Assembly: GCA_946614165.1 (NCBI GenBank)
Contig: CAMOGQ010000003.1
Coordinates: 8,056-72,055, forward strand
DNA from: an uncultured Lachnospiraceae bacterium
GTDB lineage: Bacteria > Bacillota > Clostridia > Lachnospirales > Lachnospiraceae
DNA: 64,000 nucleotides
Reading direction: 5' to 3'
The notes beneath the pieces were generated by a model. That model made no database searches and had not been told where the DNA came from. It saw only the letters and a list, made by a program, of their open reading frames with translations. The position numbers and the translations under genes were made by a program. Below are positions 9,115 through 18,424 of the stretch, piece by piece (the stretch's first letter is position 1; every line of letters begins with the position of its first letter).

Positions 9115-10461
9115 ATGGATTATCAGAAGAAATATCAGGAGAAGCTGGTCACGGCAGCCCAGGCGGCAGCGGTGGTACAGAGCGGCGACTGGGTGGACTA
9201 CGGCTGGACCACCACCACTTCTGTGGCGGTGGATAAGGAGCTGGCAAAACGTCTTCCCGAGCTTTATGACGTTAAATTCCGGGGCGGCATTCTGATGCAT
9301 GTGCCGGAGATCTTCAAGGTGGAGAACGCGGCCGAGCATATGACCTGGAACAGCTGGCACATGGGCAGCGCGGAAAGAAAGGCCGTCTCCCAGGGCTTCT
9401 GCTTCTATGCACCTCTGAAATACTCCGAGCTTCCCCGCCACTACCTGGAAAGTCAGGATCCTCTGAACGTGGCCATTATGCAGGTGGCTCCCATGGATAA
9501 ATTCGGCTACTTCAACCTGGGCCCCAGCGCTTCCCATGCCTACGCCGTCATCCAGACAGCCCGGAAGGTCATCGTGGAAGTCAACGAGAACATGCCCGTC
9601 TGCCTGGGCGGCACCAATGCCTATGTGCACATCGACCAGGTGGATATGATCGTTGAAGGCGGCAACCCGCCCATCGACGCCTTCCCGCCCGCAGCGCCCG
9701 CCACCGATGTGGACAAGGCTGTGGCCGAGCTGGTGGTAGGGGAGATCCCCGACGGCGCCTGCCTGCAGCTGGGCATCGGCGGTATGCCCAATACCATCGG
9801 TCAGATGATCGCCCAGTCCGACCTGAAGGACCTGGGCGTCCATACCGAGATGTATGTGGACGCTTTCGTGGACATCGCCGAGGCCGGCAAGATCACCGGC
9901 GCCCGCAAAAACTTTGATGTGGGCCGTCAGTGCTATGCCTTCGGCGCCGGCACCCAGAAGATGTACGATTACCTCAACAAGAACCCCGAGTGCATGAGCT
10001 GCCCCGTGGACTATGTCAATAACATTGCCCGTGTCAGCGCACTGGACAACTTCATCTCCATCAATAATGCGGTGGATATCGATCTTCAGGGCCAGGTCAA
10101 CGCGGAGAGCGCCGGCGTCAGGAATATCTCCGGCGCGGGCGGCCAGCTGGACTTCGTTCTGGGCGCCTATGCTTCCAGGGGAGGCAAGAGCTTTATCTGC
10201 CTGTCCTCCACCTTCTACAACAAGAAGACAGGAAAAATGGAGAGCAGGATCCGGCCTACCCTGGCGGACGGCAGCATCGTGACCGACACCCGTGCCAATA
10301 CCATGTATGTGGTCACAGAGTACGGCATGGTCAACCTGAAGGGCCGCACCACCTGGCAGAGAGCCGAAGACCTGATCAGCATCGCCCATCCGGATTTCAG
10401 GGACGAGCTGATCGCAGAGGCCGAAAAGATGCACATCTGGAGAAGGAGCAATAAACGCTGA
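9115..10461 (+). CDS. but: Butyryl-CoA:acetate CoA-transferase
   Basis: [25 protein letters not shown] (catalytic Glu), [11 protein letters not shown] and the C-terminus [12 protein letters not shown] resemble the Roseburia-type But. AAGGAGG SD. Confidence 0.88.
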   Translation: MDYQKKYQEKLVTAAQAAAVVQSGDWVDYGWTTTTSVAVDKELAKRLPELYDVKFRGGILMHVPEIFKVENAAEHMTWNSWHMGSAERKAVSQGFCFYAPLKYSELPRHYLESQDPLNVAIMQVAPMDKFGYFNLGPSASHAYAVIQTARKVIVEVNENMPVCLGGTNAYVHIDQVDMIVEGGNPPIDAFPPAAPATDVDKAVAELVVGEIPDGACLQLGIGGMPNTIGQMIAQSDLKDLGVHTEMYVDAFVDIAEAGKITGARKNFDVGRQCYAFGAGTQKMYDYLNKNPECMSCPVDYVNNIARVSALDNFISINNAVDIDLQGQVNAESAGVRNISGAGGQLDFVLGAYASRGGKSFICLSSTFYNKKTGKMESRIRPTLADGSIVTDTRANTMYVVTEYGMVNLKGRTTWQRAEDLISIAHPDFRDELIAEAEKMHIWRRSNKR

Positions 10462-10682
10462 GTTTTTATCCTTTCTGACCGGCTGGAAATCCTTGTCAGG
10501 CTCTAAAAGCGATCTGAATACTTTATGGAAAAGGAGAGTGCACTCCTCCTTTTCCGTAAAGTTTCCCCAAATGGAAATTCAGCGTTTAAGAAGGGGATCG
10601 TGCCCCATAAAATTGAAAAAACTGCAGGAGACATAGACAAATATTACGGGAACAAGAAACAGTTTTCCATTCAAGAAGGATT

Positions 10683-11159
10683 ATGATGAAAAAACGGCTA
10701 ATAATCACATCTGCCGCTGCGCTGCTGCTTTTGGCAGCCGTCATTTTTCTTCCCTTTCCGTCCCGTATCGATAAAGAGCTGACAGGAAGGCGGATCACCG
10801 GCAGGGCAGAGGAGGAGACCATAGAGATACAGCTTCACGGCTGGCGGTTTCATTACCTGGCAAGGAGGGATCTGGTCGACACGGTCCGGGGGGATATCAG
10901 GATATCTCCCTTTACCCCGGAGGAAGAAGTTCTGGAATTCTCCTTTGCAGCGCCGGTCCTGTCCTCCGGCGGTTCCTCCAGGATAGAGGCTCCCCGATAC
11001 AGTGCGCCGGGAAATGAATTTATCAGCACAAGGATCTGCTTTACGGACGGCTTTGGAGGGATCCTGTATACGGATGGGAGCACGGGGGGAAGCATGTATA
11101 TTGCTTCGGATGAGCCGGACCGGGACCTGACGGCCCTGATGGAGGAGCTGTCAGAATAA
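10683..11159 (+). CDS. Hypothetical exported or membrane-anchored protein
   Basis: Basic N-terminus plus hydrophobic helix (KKRLIITSAAALLLLAAVIFLP). A terminator-like hairpin follows at ~11218-11260. Confidence 0.6.
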   Translation: MMKKRLIITSAAALLLLAAVIFLPFPSRIDKELTGRRITGRAEEETIEIQLHGWRFHYLARRDLVDTVRGDIRISPFTPEEEVLEFSFAAPVLSSGGSSRIEAPRYSAPGNEFISTRICFTDGFGGILYTDGSTGGSMYIASDEPDRDLTALMEELSE

Positions 11160-11402
11160 CAAAGGATCTGCCGGCCAAATTTCGGGCACATTAAAAAAAC
11201 ACAAGGAAGAAACAGGAAAGAGCAAAGGCAGGAGCCATATCCGGGGCCTTTGCTTTTTCTTTGGTTTCCGCGCTTTTTATGCCTTTTTCTTGTGCCCGGC
11301 TCTCCCCCTGACCACAAGATGTAGTGGAAGATAATCTTGCAGGGTACACAAAAATGTTAAAAAAGATCAAGCACCATCCATACAATGTGCACAAAAAAAT
11401 CC

Positions 11403-11431
11403 TTGACTTTTCCGGAATCTTCTGTCATAAT
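11403..11431 (+). promoter_or_regulatory. SigA-type promoter
   Basis: TTGACT (11403-11408), a 17-nt spacer, then CATAAT (11426-11431). Confidence 0.75.
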
Positions 11432-11437
11432 AATTCT

Positions 11438-11880
11438 ATCAGATAGATACGCAGGAAAATTCCGGCGCGCTTTAAAAGCTGAAAGAACCATACCCGGAAT
11501 TCGTATGATCTGAGAAAACGTGCCCTGTGTTCAGAGCCGGGAGCTGCCCGCCGGGCAGCGTTTCGGGAGATCCGATTTAATAAAGAATCAGTTGTTCCGG
11601 GAAATGGAGCATTGACAGTGATCGTGAAGGAGTCAGCCTATACAAAACGGTCACCGCGAAAGGAACCGGATTTGTATGACGCTGAACAGTCGATTTCCAC
11701 AGGAACAGATAGAATAAAAATCCATCTGCCGGAGGTACAAAGCACAGGCGCAGACGGGAGGTACAAGCCATTGTACGATGCAGTCAGGTAGGAACGTCCT
11801 TACGAGGTGTAAGGGCGTTCCTGCTGTTTAGGGGTTTTTTCTTCCTGATCCGCAGAGACCCGCGCAGGGCCTCTTTTTTT
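11438..11880 (+). ncRNA. Candidate structured non-coding RNA (~400-440 nt), family not recognised
   Basis: Own promoter, no credible ORF, and several long nested stems. It ends in a 15-bp hairpin (11789-11823) and a second hairpin plus T-run (11854-11880). Confidence 0.55.
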
Positions 11881-11969
11881 CTGCCCGGGCAAGGGGAGCA
11901 TTGAAAGAAGGGACGGAAATTGATAAAGTATATACAGAACAGTCATCCTGAATACGGAGGAGTAATATA

Positions 11970-13604
11970 ATGCAGGATACAGTATATGTTACAGGGCACC
12001 AGCATCCCGATACGGATTCCGTCGCGGCGGCGATCGGATATGCCTTTTATAAAAGAGCCCACGGAGTCAGGGCTGTTCCCTGCCGTCTGGGCAAACTGAG
12101 TGCCGAGACAAGATTCCTTCTGGAACGCTTCGGCTTCGAACAGCCCATGCTGCTGGACGATGCCAGGGTACGCCTGTCGGAAATTCAGATCGACGCTCCC
12201 ATCGCCATTTCTCCCGATACCACGATCCTGGAAGCCCGCAACATCATCCGTGAGACGGGCAAAAAGACCCTGGGCGTAGTAGACGAAAACGGCAAGCTGA
12301 TCGGCCTGGTCACCAAGAACGATATCGCCAATGTCGCTCTGGACAGGTCCGAGCACAACGCAGAGCTGATCAGGGCAACTCCCACCGAGTACTTTGCAAG
12401 GACCCTGAACGGGACCGTGATCTATGACGATCCGGAAAGAAATATCAACGGCCGGATCGGCATCATTCCCATCACCGACGGCGATCTGAGCAAGTATAAA
12501 TTCGTGGACCGCATCGTCATCGCCGGCGACAGCCAGCATTCACTGATCGACCTGATGGACCGAGGCGCCGGCATGCTGATCCTGATCCGTACGGATTCCG
12601 TCAGCGACGAGGTCATTGCAGAAGCGAAGCTCCGTCATGTGCCCATCATTCTTTCCGGCGAAGGTACCATGAATACCTCCCGCTACGTCTTCTTTGCGGC
12701 TCCCGTCAAGGAGATCATGACCACAGAACTGGTCACCTTCTTTGACCACGAATTTGCCGAGGACGTAGGAAATAAGATGATGCGCAGCAGATATCATTCC
12801 TATCCGGTGGTGAACGATGACAGAAAGCTGATCGGATACGCATCCCGCTACCACATCATGAACGCCAGGAACAAGAAAATCATCCTTGTGGACCACAATG
12901 AATTCACCCAGTCCGTCAAATCCATCGAAAAGGCGGAGGTGCTGGAGGTCATCGACCACCACAGGATCAATGATTTTTCCACCAGGCAGCCGGTCAACTT
13001 CCGTAACGAGATCGTGGGTTCCTCCGCCACCATCGTGGCTACGGTCTACCGCGAGAACCAGATCCCTATCCCGCCCAATATCGCCGGCCTGCTTCTGGGA
13101 GCCATCCTGTCGGATACCCTGAAATTCCAGTCCCCTACCTGCACCCAGAGGGACATCGACACCGCCAATATCCTGGCGGCCCTGGCGGATCTGGATATCG
13201 ATTCCTTTGCCAGAGAAATGTTCTCGGCCGGCACCAACCTGGAAGGCAAGACCATTCAGGAACTGATCAACCAGGACATCAAATTCTTTGATATCGAAGG
13301 CTGCCAGACCATGATCTCCCAGGTCATCGTTTCCGAAGAGCAGCAGCTGACCATGTCCGAGGAAGAAATCCAGAGCAAGCTGGATGTCTTTACCCGTAAA
13401 AAGAATCTGGATCTGTGCATCCTGGCCGTCACCAGCATCCTGGAGAACGGATCCATCTTCTATGCTTCCGGCGAAAAGGCCCCCTGGGCTCTGGAGGCTT
13501 TCCCCAATAAGGAAAACGAACAGCACTCCTTCCAGGCCGGCATCGTTTCCCGCAAGAAGCAGATCGTACCCATTGTTACCGGCGTTATCAGCAAGTACGC
13601 TTAA
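11970..13604 (+). CDS. ppaC: Family II Mn-dependent inorganic pyrophosphatase with CBS/DRTGG regulatory insert
   Basis: GHQHPDTDS, CBS and DRTGG insert, LVDHNE, IDHH, ILSDTL and C-terminal SRKKQIVP. Confidence 0.92.
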   Translation: MQDTVYVTGHQHPDTDSVAAAIGYAFYKRAHGVRAVPCRLGKLSAETRFLLERFGFEQPMLLDDARVRLSEIQIDAPIAISPDTTILEARNIIRETGKKTLGVVDENGKLIGLVTKNDIANVALDRSEHNAELIRATPTEYFARTLNGTVIYDDPERNINGRIGIIPITDGDLSKYKFVDRIVIAGDSQHSLIDLMDRGAGMLILIRTDSVSDEVIAEAKLRHVPIILSGEGTMNTSRYVFFAAPVKEIMTTELVTFFDHEFAEDVGNKMMRSRYHSYPVVNDDRKLIGYASRYHIMNARNKKIILVDHNEFTQSVKSIEKAEVLEVIDHHRINDFSTRQPVNFRNEIVGSSATIVATVYRENQIPIPPNIAGLLLGAILSDTLKFQSPTCTQRDIDTANILAALADLDIDSFAREMFSAGTNLEGKTIQELINQDIKFFDIEGCQTMISQVIVSEEQQLTMSEEEIQSKLDVFTRKKNLDLCILAVTSILENGSIFYASGEKAPWALEAFPNKENEQHSFQAGIVSRKKQIVPIVTGVISKYA

Positions 13605-13622
13605 GTAAAAGGGAGGCCTCTT

Positions 13623-14096
13623 ATGCCGTTTTTCAGTGAATTCAGCAAAAAAATAACGGAAAGCTCTCAGGAGGCCATCCGCAGGACAAAGGACGCTGCT
13701 TCCATCGTGACATGGAACGCGGACATTGCCGAAGCCCAGGCCAGGCTCTATGACATGGAAGAGGAGCTGGGAAAGGCCGTTTTCTCCGAAAACTTCGAGG
13801 GAAAGACGAAAGAAGAGATCCAGGACCTGCTGTCCATGGACGAGAGCGAATCGCTGGTCCTGACCGTTGCCAACTGGAAGCCCTTCGTGGAGACCCTTCT
13901 TGCCATGCTGGAGGAGCTGGATCTGATCAGTGACCGGGAGACAAAGATCGACCGGCTCAGAGGCGAGCTGCGCTGCCCCAGCTGCTACAAGATCCTGACC
14001 AAAGGAGCCAGATTCTGTCCTCACTGCGGGGCCAGAGTGGAGGACATCACCGGAGAAGTTCCGGAAATGGAAGAGAAGGAAGAAGACGACGAATAG
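13623..14096 (+). CDS. Coiled-coil / zinc-ribbon protein
   Basis: Helical N-terminus, CPSC...FCPHCG zinc ribbon and acidic tail. GGGAGG SD. Confidence 0.8.
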   Translation: MPFFSEFSKKITESSQEAIRRTKDAASIVTWNADIAEAQARLYDMEEELGKAVFSENFEGKTKEEIQDLLSMDESESLVLTVANWKPFVETLLAMLEELDLISDRETKIDRLRGELRCPSCYKILTKGARFCPHCGARVEDITGEVPEMEEKEEDDE

Positions 14097-14349
14097 GAAG
14101 GGAAGGCTCCGATTTGGGGCTTGCTCTTTTGAACCTGTTTGTATATTATTAATTCTGTTATGAATCAGCCCGGAAATGCCCGCGCGGCATTTCCGGGGAC
14201 ATCTCTTTCGGGTATCATGCCCGATTCATTTCGTACCGGCATCTCGCCGGAAAAATTCCAGTTATAAAATTTCAGAAGAGCCTTTCAGACATCCCCCGGG
14301 GCGTCTTTTTTCCGTGGGACTGAAAAATGTCTGAAAGCAGGAGAATACT

Positions 14350-15384
14350 ATGTGCCGCTTACAGGAAAAGGCAGTCCGGGAAGAAGACCTGCTGGGACCT
14401 CTGACCGGGGCCTATCTGCGATGGCTTTTGGGGGAGAGTCTGTCCTGTCATGCCTCCCGGGTCCTTTTCATGTCCCGGGAAGGGGGCTTTTTCCTGAAAG
14501 CATGGGAAAAAATGGGCTTTCAGGACCGTCTGCGGGCCGATCACCTGGAGTGTTCCAGAGACAGTCTCAAAAGGGCCCTGGAAGAGGAGGAGCAGGAGCA
14601 GGCTTTTGGCCTCTATCTGAAAAGGTTTGACCTGTATGGAAGGGTGGTCCTGGCGGATCTGGGCTGGGGCGGAACCATGCAGAGGATGCTGACGGATCTT
14701 GCTTCCCGCCGCGGGACGGATCTGTGTTTTACGGGCCTCTATATGGGCCTTTCGGAGTCTGCTGCGGGGCCGGAAGGAAGTTCTCCCCTTCCTGCCAGAG
14801 GCTTTCTTTTTGACGCCCTGCATGACATGCCCCGGCCCGGAAGATGGTCTTTGTATACTCCGGAGGCACCCTTTATCGGGCTCTTTGAAAGTCTCTTTCT
14901 GGAAATGAAGGGATCTGTCACAGGGTACCGGATCCTGGAGGAAGGAGAGGCTCTGCCTCTGCGGGGACCCTGCGAATTCAGGACCGGAGAGGGGGATCTG
15001 CTGCCGGAAGGAGAGCTGATCCTGAGCCTGCAGGAAAGGGCTCTGGAGAACCTGGAAACGGAAAGGGAACTTACCCCCGGAGAAGCTTTTGCGCCTCTTC
15101 TGCGGCTGGGCATGGAGCCGACGCAGGCAGAAGCCCGGCGTTTTGGCCGGATCCCCTTTCTGGACCAGGGCAGGATCCTTCCTCTGGCGCAGCCCCATCC
15201 CCCGGCCTTCTACCTGTTCCGCCCCCTCCGCCTCCTGAAGGACTTTCGGGAGTCCAGGTGGAAGATGGGCTTTCTTCGCCTGCTTCTGGGCGGCAGCAGG
15301 TCCTGGAAGGGCCTTTATGACATGTGCAGGGGGCTTTACGCAGTGTTTCAAAGAAAGGAGAAATCTTATGCACGGGGAGAATAA
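14350..15384 (+). CDS. Polysaccharide biosynthesis protein; stand-alone glycan phosphoribosyltransferase (gPRT)-like domain
   Basis: FMSREG and ADLGWGGTMQ motifs, as in the PRT-like half of ribofuranosyltransferases. First gene of the wzm/wzt operon. Confidence 0.6.
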   Translation: MCRLQEKAVREEDLLGPLTGAYLRWLLGESLSCHASRVLFMSREGGFFLKAWEKMGFQDRLRADHLECSRDSLKRALEEEEQEQAFGLYLKRFDLYGRVVLADLGWGGTMQRMLTDLASRRGTDLCFTGLYMGLSESAAGPEGSSPLPARGFLFDALHDMPRPGRWSLYTPEAPFIGLFESLFLEMKGSVTGYRILEEGEALPLRGPCEFRTGEGDLLPEGELILSLQERALENLETERELTPGEAFAPLLRLGMEPTQAEARRFGRIPFLDQGRILPLAQPHPPAFYLFRPLRLLKDFRESRWKMGFLRLLLGGSRSWKGLYDMCRGLYAVFQRKEKSYARGE

Positions 15385-15389
15385 AGACT

Positions 15390-16190
15390 ATGCTTCATAA
15401 ACACTTTTCTGATCCTGCGGGAACGGGAGTCCGGCAGATCCTGCTGCTGACCCGGAACGACATCCGGTCCCGCTATGCCGGCGCCCGGCTGGGGGCCCTC
15501 TGGTCCATGGCCCTGCCTCTTCTGACCCTTCTGGTCCTCTGGTACGTCTACGAAAGGGGATTTGGCAATCCACCGGTGGAAAACGTCCCCTATATTCTCT
15601 GGTTCACTTCCGCCTATCTTCCCTGGATCTTCTTTTCCGATCTTCTGACAGGGGGCTGCCGCTGCCTTGTGGATTACAGCTTTCTGATCACCCGCATTCC
15701 CTTCCAGGTCCCGCTCCTTCCTCTGATCCGGGCCCTCAGCGCCCTTTTCTTTCATCTTCTGTTTCTGGTCATACTGACTGGGATCCTTGCTGCCGCCGGC
15801 CTTTCAGGGATCTATCTGATGCAGCTTCCCCTTTATGTTTTTCTGCTTTTTCTGCTGGGACTGGGCCTGTCCCTTCTTCTCTGCGTCGGCACGGTCTGCA
15901 TAAGAGATCTGGAAGCTGTGCTGCAGGGCCTGCTCCAGCTGCTTTTCTGGGCTTCCCCCGTACTCTGGAACCCGGAGGCCATGGAGGGAGGAGAGATCCG
16001 CAGGATCCTGTCCCTGAACCCTTTAAGCTTTATCCTGGAGGGCTACCGGGATGCCCTGCTGGGCAGGCGGTGGATCCTTGAGAGGCGGGATGCGGCCTTT
16101 GCCTATCTGATGCTGACAGGGATCGTATGGACCGCCGGCATCTGCCTATACCGCAGGGTCCGCCCTGTTCTGGCAGACCGCCTGCACTAG
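15390..16190 (+). CDS. wzm: Polysaccharide/teichoic-acid ABC exporter permease (Wzm/TagG family)
   Basis: RSRYAGARLGALW, six TM helices, RDL...LLFWASPVLW and LNPLS...GYRDALL. Start placed at ATG 15390. Confidence 0.9.
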   Translation: MLHKHFSDPAGTGVRQILLLTRNDIRSRYAGARLGALWSMALPLLTLLVLWYVYERGFGNPPVENVPYILWFTSAYLPWIFFSDLLTGGCRCLVDYSFLITRIPFQVPLLPLIRALSALFFHLLFLVILTGILAAAGLSGIYLMQLPLYVFLLFLLGLGLSLLLCVGTVCIRDLEAVLQGLLQLLFWASPVLWNPEAMEGGEIRRILSLNPLSFILEGYRDALLGRRWILERRDAAFAYLMLTGIVWTAGICLYRRVRPVLADRLH

Positions 16191-16206
16191 GGAAGGAGGG
16201 ATTACC

Positions 16207-17463
16207 ATGAGCGGTTTCTGCATTGAAGCAGACCATCTGGGAAAGACTTACATTCTGTCCGGAAGAGGAGGAAAAAAGCAGTCCTTCCGGGCCCTGGAGG
16301 ATATCTCCTTCCGGGTCCGGAAGGGGGAGTGGATCGGGGTGATCGGCCTCAACGGGTCCGGAAAATCCACTCTCTTAAAGCTGCTGGCCGGGGTGAGCCT
16401 TCCGGACAGGGGGAGTCTTTTGGTGCGGGGGACCCGGTCCGCCATTCTGGAGCTGGGCGCGGGCTTTCATCCTGACTATACAGGATGGGAGAACGTGCGC
16501 CTGCAGCTTCTTCTGCAGGGGATCACAGGTAGGGAGGCCGCGGCCATGGCCGGGGAGATCGCGGATTTCGCCGGGACAGGTCCCTTTATGGACCAGCCTG
16601 TCCGCCTCTATTCCACCGGTATGTTCATGCGCCTTGCCTTTGCCTGCATGGTCTGCAGCAGCCCGGATCTGCTTCTGGTGGACGAGGCTCTGAGCGTGGG
16701 AGACGTTTTCTTCCGCCAGAAGTGCCTTTTGAGGATGCAGGAACTGTCGGAAAAAGCCGCCATCGTGCTTGTGACCCACGATCTGGAGGCGGCGGTCCGT
16801 TTCTGCAGCAGGATCCTGGTCCTGGACAGGGGGCGCCTTGTCTGGGACGGGGACCCGGCAGAGGCCGTGACCCGGTTCCTGCAGGTTCGCCAGGGCTCTC
16901 TCCCGGCGGCTCCTCTCCCCGGCGCTTTTCGTCCGGGCGCCTCTTCCGAAGGCCCTCTTATGCACGTGCCTGCCCCGGAGAGCCTCAGCGGAAAGATGGA
17001 CTTTGTCATAAAGGCCTTCGGCTGGGAGACGGACCGTCTCCCGGGCGGCACCTTCTGCCGGCAGGGCACCAGGATCAGGGTCTTTCTGGACATCTTCCTT
17101 TCCAGGGACCCGGAGGGGCTGATCGTAGGCTATCAGATCCTGAACCGCCTGGGCATGGAGGTCTTCGGGGAGACCAGCCTGCACGCTCTGTCCGGAGACG
17201 CGGCGGAGACGGCCTGCTGCCGGGCCGGTTCTTACAGGATCGCTTTTTCCTTTACCTGGCCCCAGATCCGGGACGGGGATTATTTCATGACTCTGGGCCT
17301 GGGAGAGGGCAGGGAGGTGCTGCATCAGACAGAGCAGTGCTGGGTCAACCGGGCCGTGCACTTTCAAAGCGATCCCGGAGGAGAGGTCATCTTCGGGATC
17401 TTCAACAGACAGATGGAAGATGTGACCGTCAGGAAGGAGGAAGAGGATGTGGATATATTATGA
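16207..17463 (+). CDS. wzt: Polysaccharide ABC exporter ATPase with C-terminal Wzt carbohydrate-binding domain
   Basis: GLNGSGKST, YSTGM signature and DEALSVGD, plus a ~170-aa beta-rich C-terminal extension. Confidence 0.92.
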   Translation: MSGFCIEADHLGKTYILSGRGGKKQSFRALEDISFRVRKGEWIGVIGLNGSGKSTLLKLLAGVSLPDRGSLLVRGTRSAILELGAGFHPDYTGWENVRLQLLLQGITGREAAAMAGEIADFAGTGPFMDQPVRLYSTGMFMRLAFACMVCSSPDLLLVDEALSVGDVFFRQKCLLRMQELSEKAAIVLVTHDLEAAVRFCSRILVLDRGRLVWDGDPAEAVTRFLQVRQGSLPAAPLPGAFRPGASSEGPLMHVPAPESLSGKMDFVIKAFGWETDRLPGGTFCRQGTRIRVFLDIFLSRDPEGLIVGYQILNRLGMEVFGETSLHALSGDAAETACCRAGSYRIAFSFTWPQIRDGDYFMTLGLGEGREVLHQTEQCWVNRAVHFQSDPGGEVIFGIFNRQMEDVTVRKEEEDVDIL

Positions 17464-18424
17464 ACCGGTCTTTGCCTGTGACAGTGAATTCAGAGAGATG
17501 ATGGCCTACGGGACCTGGTCGGGCCACAGGCCCTTTGCCTATGACTATGTAAGAAACATAAAGCCCCGCAGGATCGCGGAGCTGGGCTGTTTTTACGGCT
17601 GTTCCACCTTTGCCTTTCTGCAGGCGGTGCTGGACGGGGGCCTGGATACCCGGTTTTATGCGGTAGATTCCTGGATCGGCGACGCTTTTACGGCCTCCGA
17701 TTACCGGGAGGATGTGTCCGGGGTCTTCCGCAGGATCCTGGACAGGCACTACGGGACGCTGGACGTTAAAGTCATGCGGACCACTTTTGACAGGGCAGCC
17801 CGGGAGATAGAGGAGAACAGCCTGGACCTGATCCACATCGACGGGAGCCACCGCTATGAGGACGTGGCCCACGACTTTGACGTATGGAGGCCCAAGCTGA
17901 AAAGCGACGGGGCCATCTTTTTCCACGACACGGGGGAAGACCTTCTCTACGGCTCTCCCATGGGAAGCCGGCGCTTTTTTGAGGATCTGAAGAAGGAAGA
18001 AGGCGGACATATGGAGTTTCCCTTCAGCTTCGGCCTGGGGATCTGGTCTCCGTCCGGGGAAAAGATCGAGGCCCTGAAAAGGGCCGCAGACCCGGGCCAC
18101 TATCAGCAGCTGGTAAATCTGCGGGATTCGGAGCAGAAGGACGCTCTGCGCAGGGACTATTTTCTGATCCGGGACCTGTGCGAGTTCAATGAATGGCTGG
18201 AGGAACAGAACCGGGAGCTGGAAGACTGGAACCGTTACCTGGAGGACATGCTCAGGAACAGGGAGGAGAGGGGAAAGGAGATTTTGGACCATGAAGAAAG
18301 CGAAAAGGGAGATCCTGATCAGTGTGATCATTCCTGTCTACAGAACGGAGGAGACCCTGGAGAGGTGCCTGAAAAGCCTTCTTGTCCAGGAGATCCGGGA
18401 GATGGAGATCATTCTGGTGGATGA
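17447..18424 (+). CDS. Class I SAM-dependent methyltransferase with C-terminal coiled coil
   Basis: AELGCFYGCS, AVDSW, DLIHIDGSHRYEDV and FHD (Methyltransf_24-like). Heptad segment NEWLEEQNRELEDWNRYLEDML. Confidence 0.85.
   Translation: MWIYYEPVFACDSEFREMMAYGTWSGHRPFAYDYVRNIKPRRIAELGCFYGCSTFAFLQAVLDGGLDTRFYAVDSWIGDAFTASDYREDVSGVFRRILDRHYGTLDVKVMRTTFDRAAREIEENSLDLIHIDGSHRYEDVAHDFDVWRPKLKSDGAIFFHDTGEDLLYGSPMGSRRFFEDLKKEEGGHMEFPFSFGLGIWSPSGEKIEALKRAADPGHYQQLVNLRDSEQKDALRRDYFLIRDLCEFNEWLEEQNRELEDWNRYLEDMLRNREERGKEILDHEESEKGDPDQCDHSCLQNGGDPGEVPEKPSCPGDPGDGDHSGG

Noticed and set aside
11438-11880. Assignment of the structured RNA as T-box, tmRNA, RNase P, SRP or c-di-AMP riboswitch
   Set aside because: The hallmarks are missing: no TGGNACC antiterminator, no tRNA-like ends or tag ORF, no GAGGAAAGTCC and no SRP loop motif. 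Left unassigned.
12540-14024. Long antisense ORFs in the track (e.g. 12540-14024, 21158-22972, 23539-25362, 32327-33910, 39844-41790, 53566-55827, 61060-62508)
   Set aside because: They lie opposite well-supported genes and have no recognisable motifs or SDs. Such shadows are expected from GC-rich codon bias.
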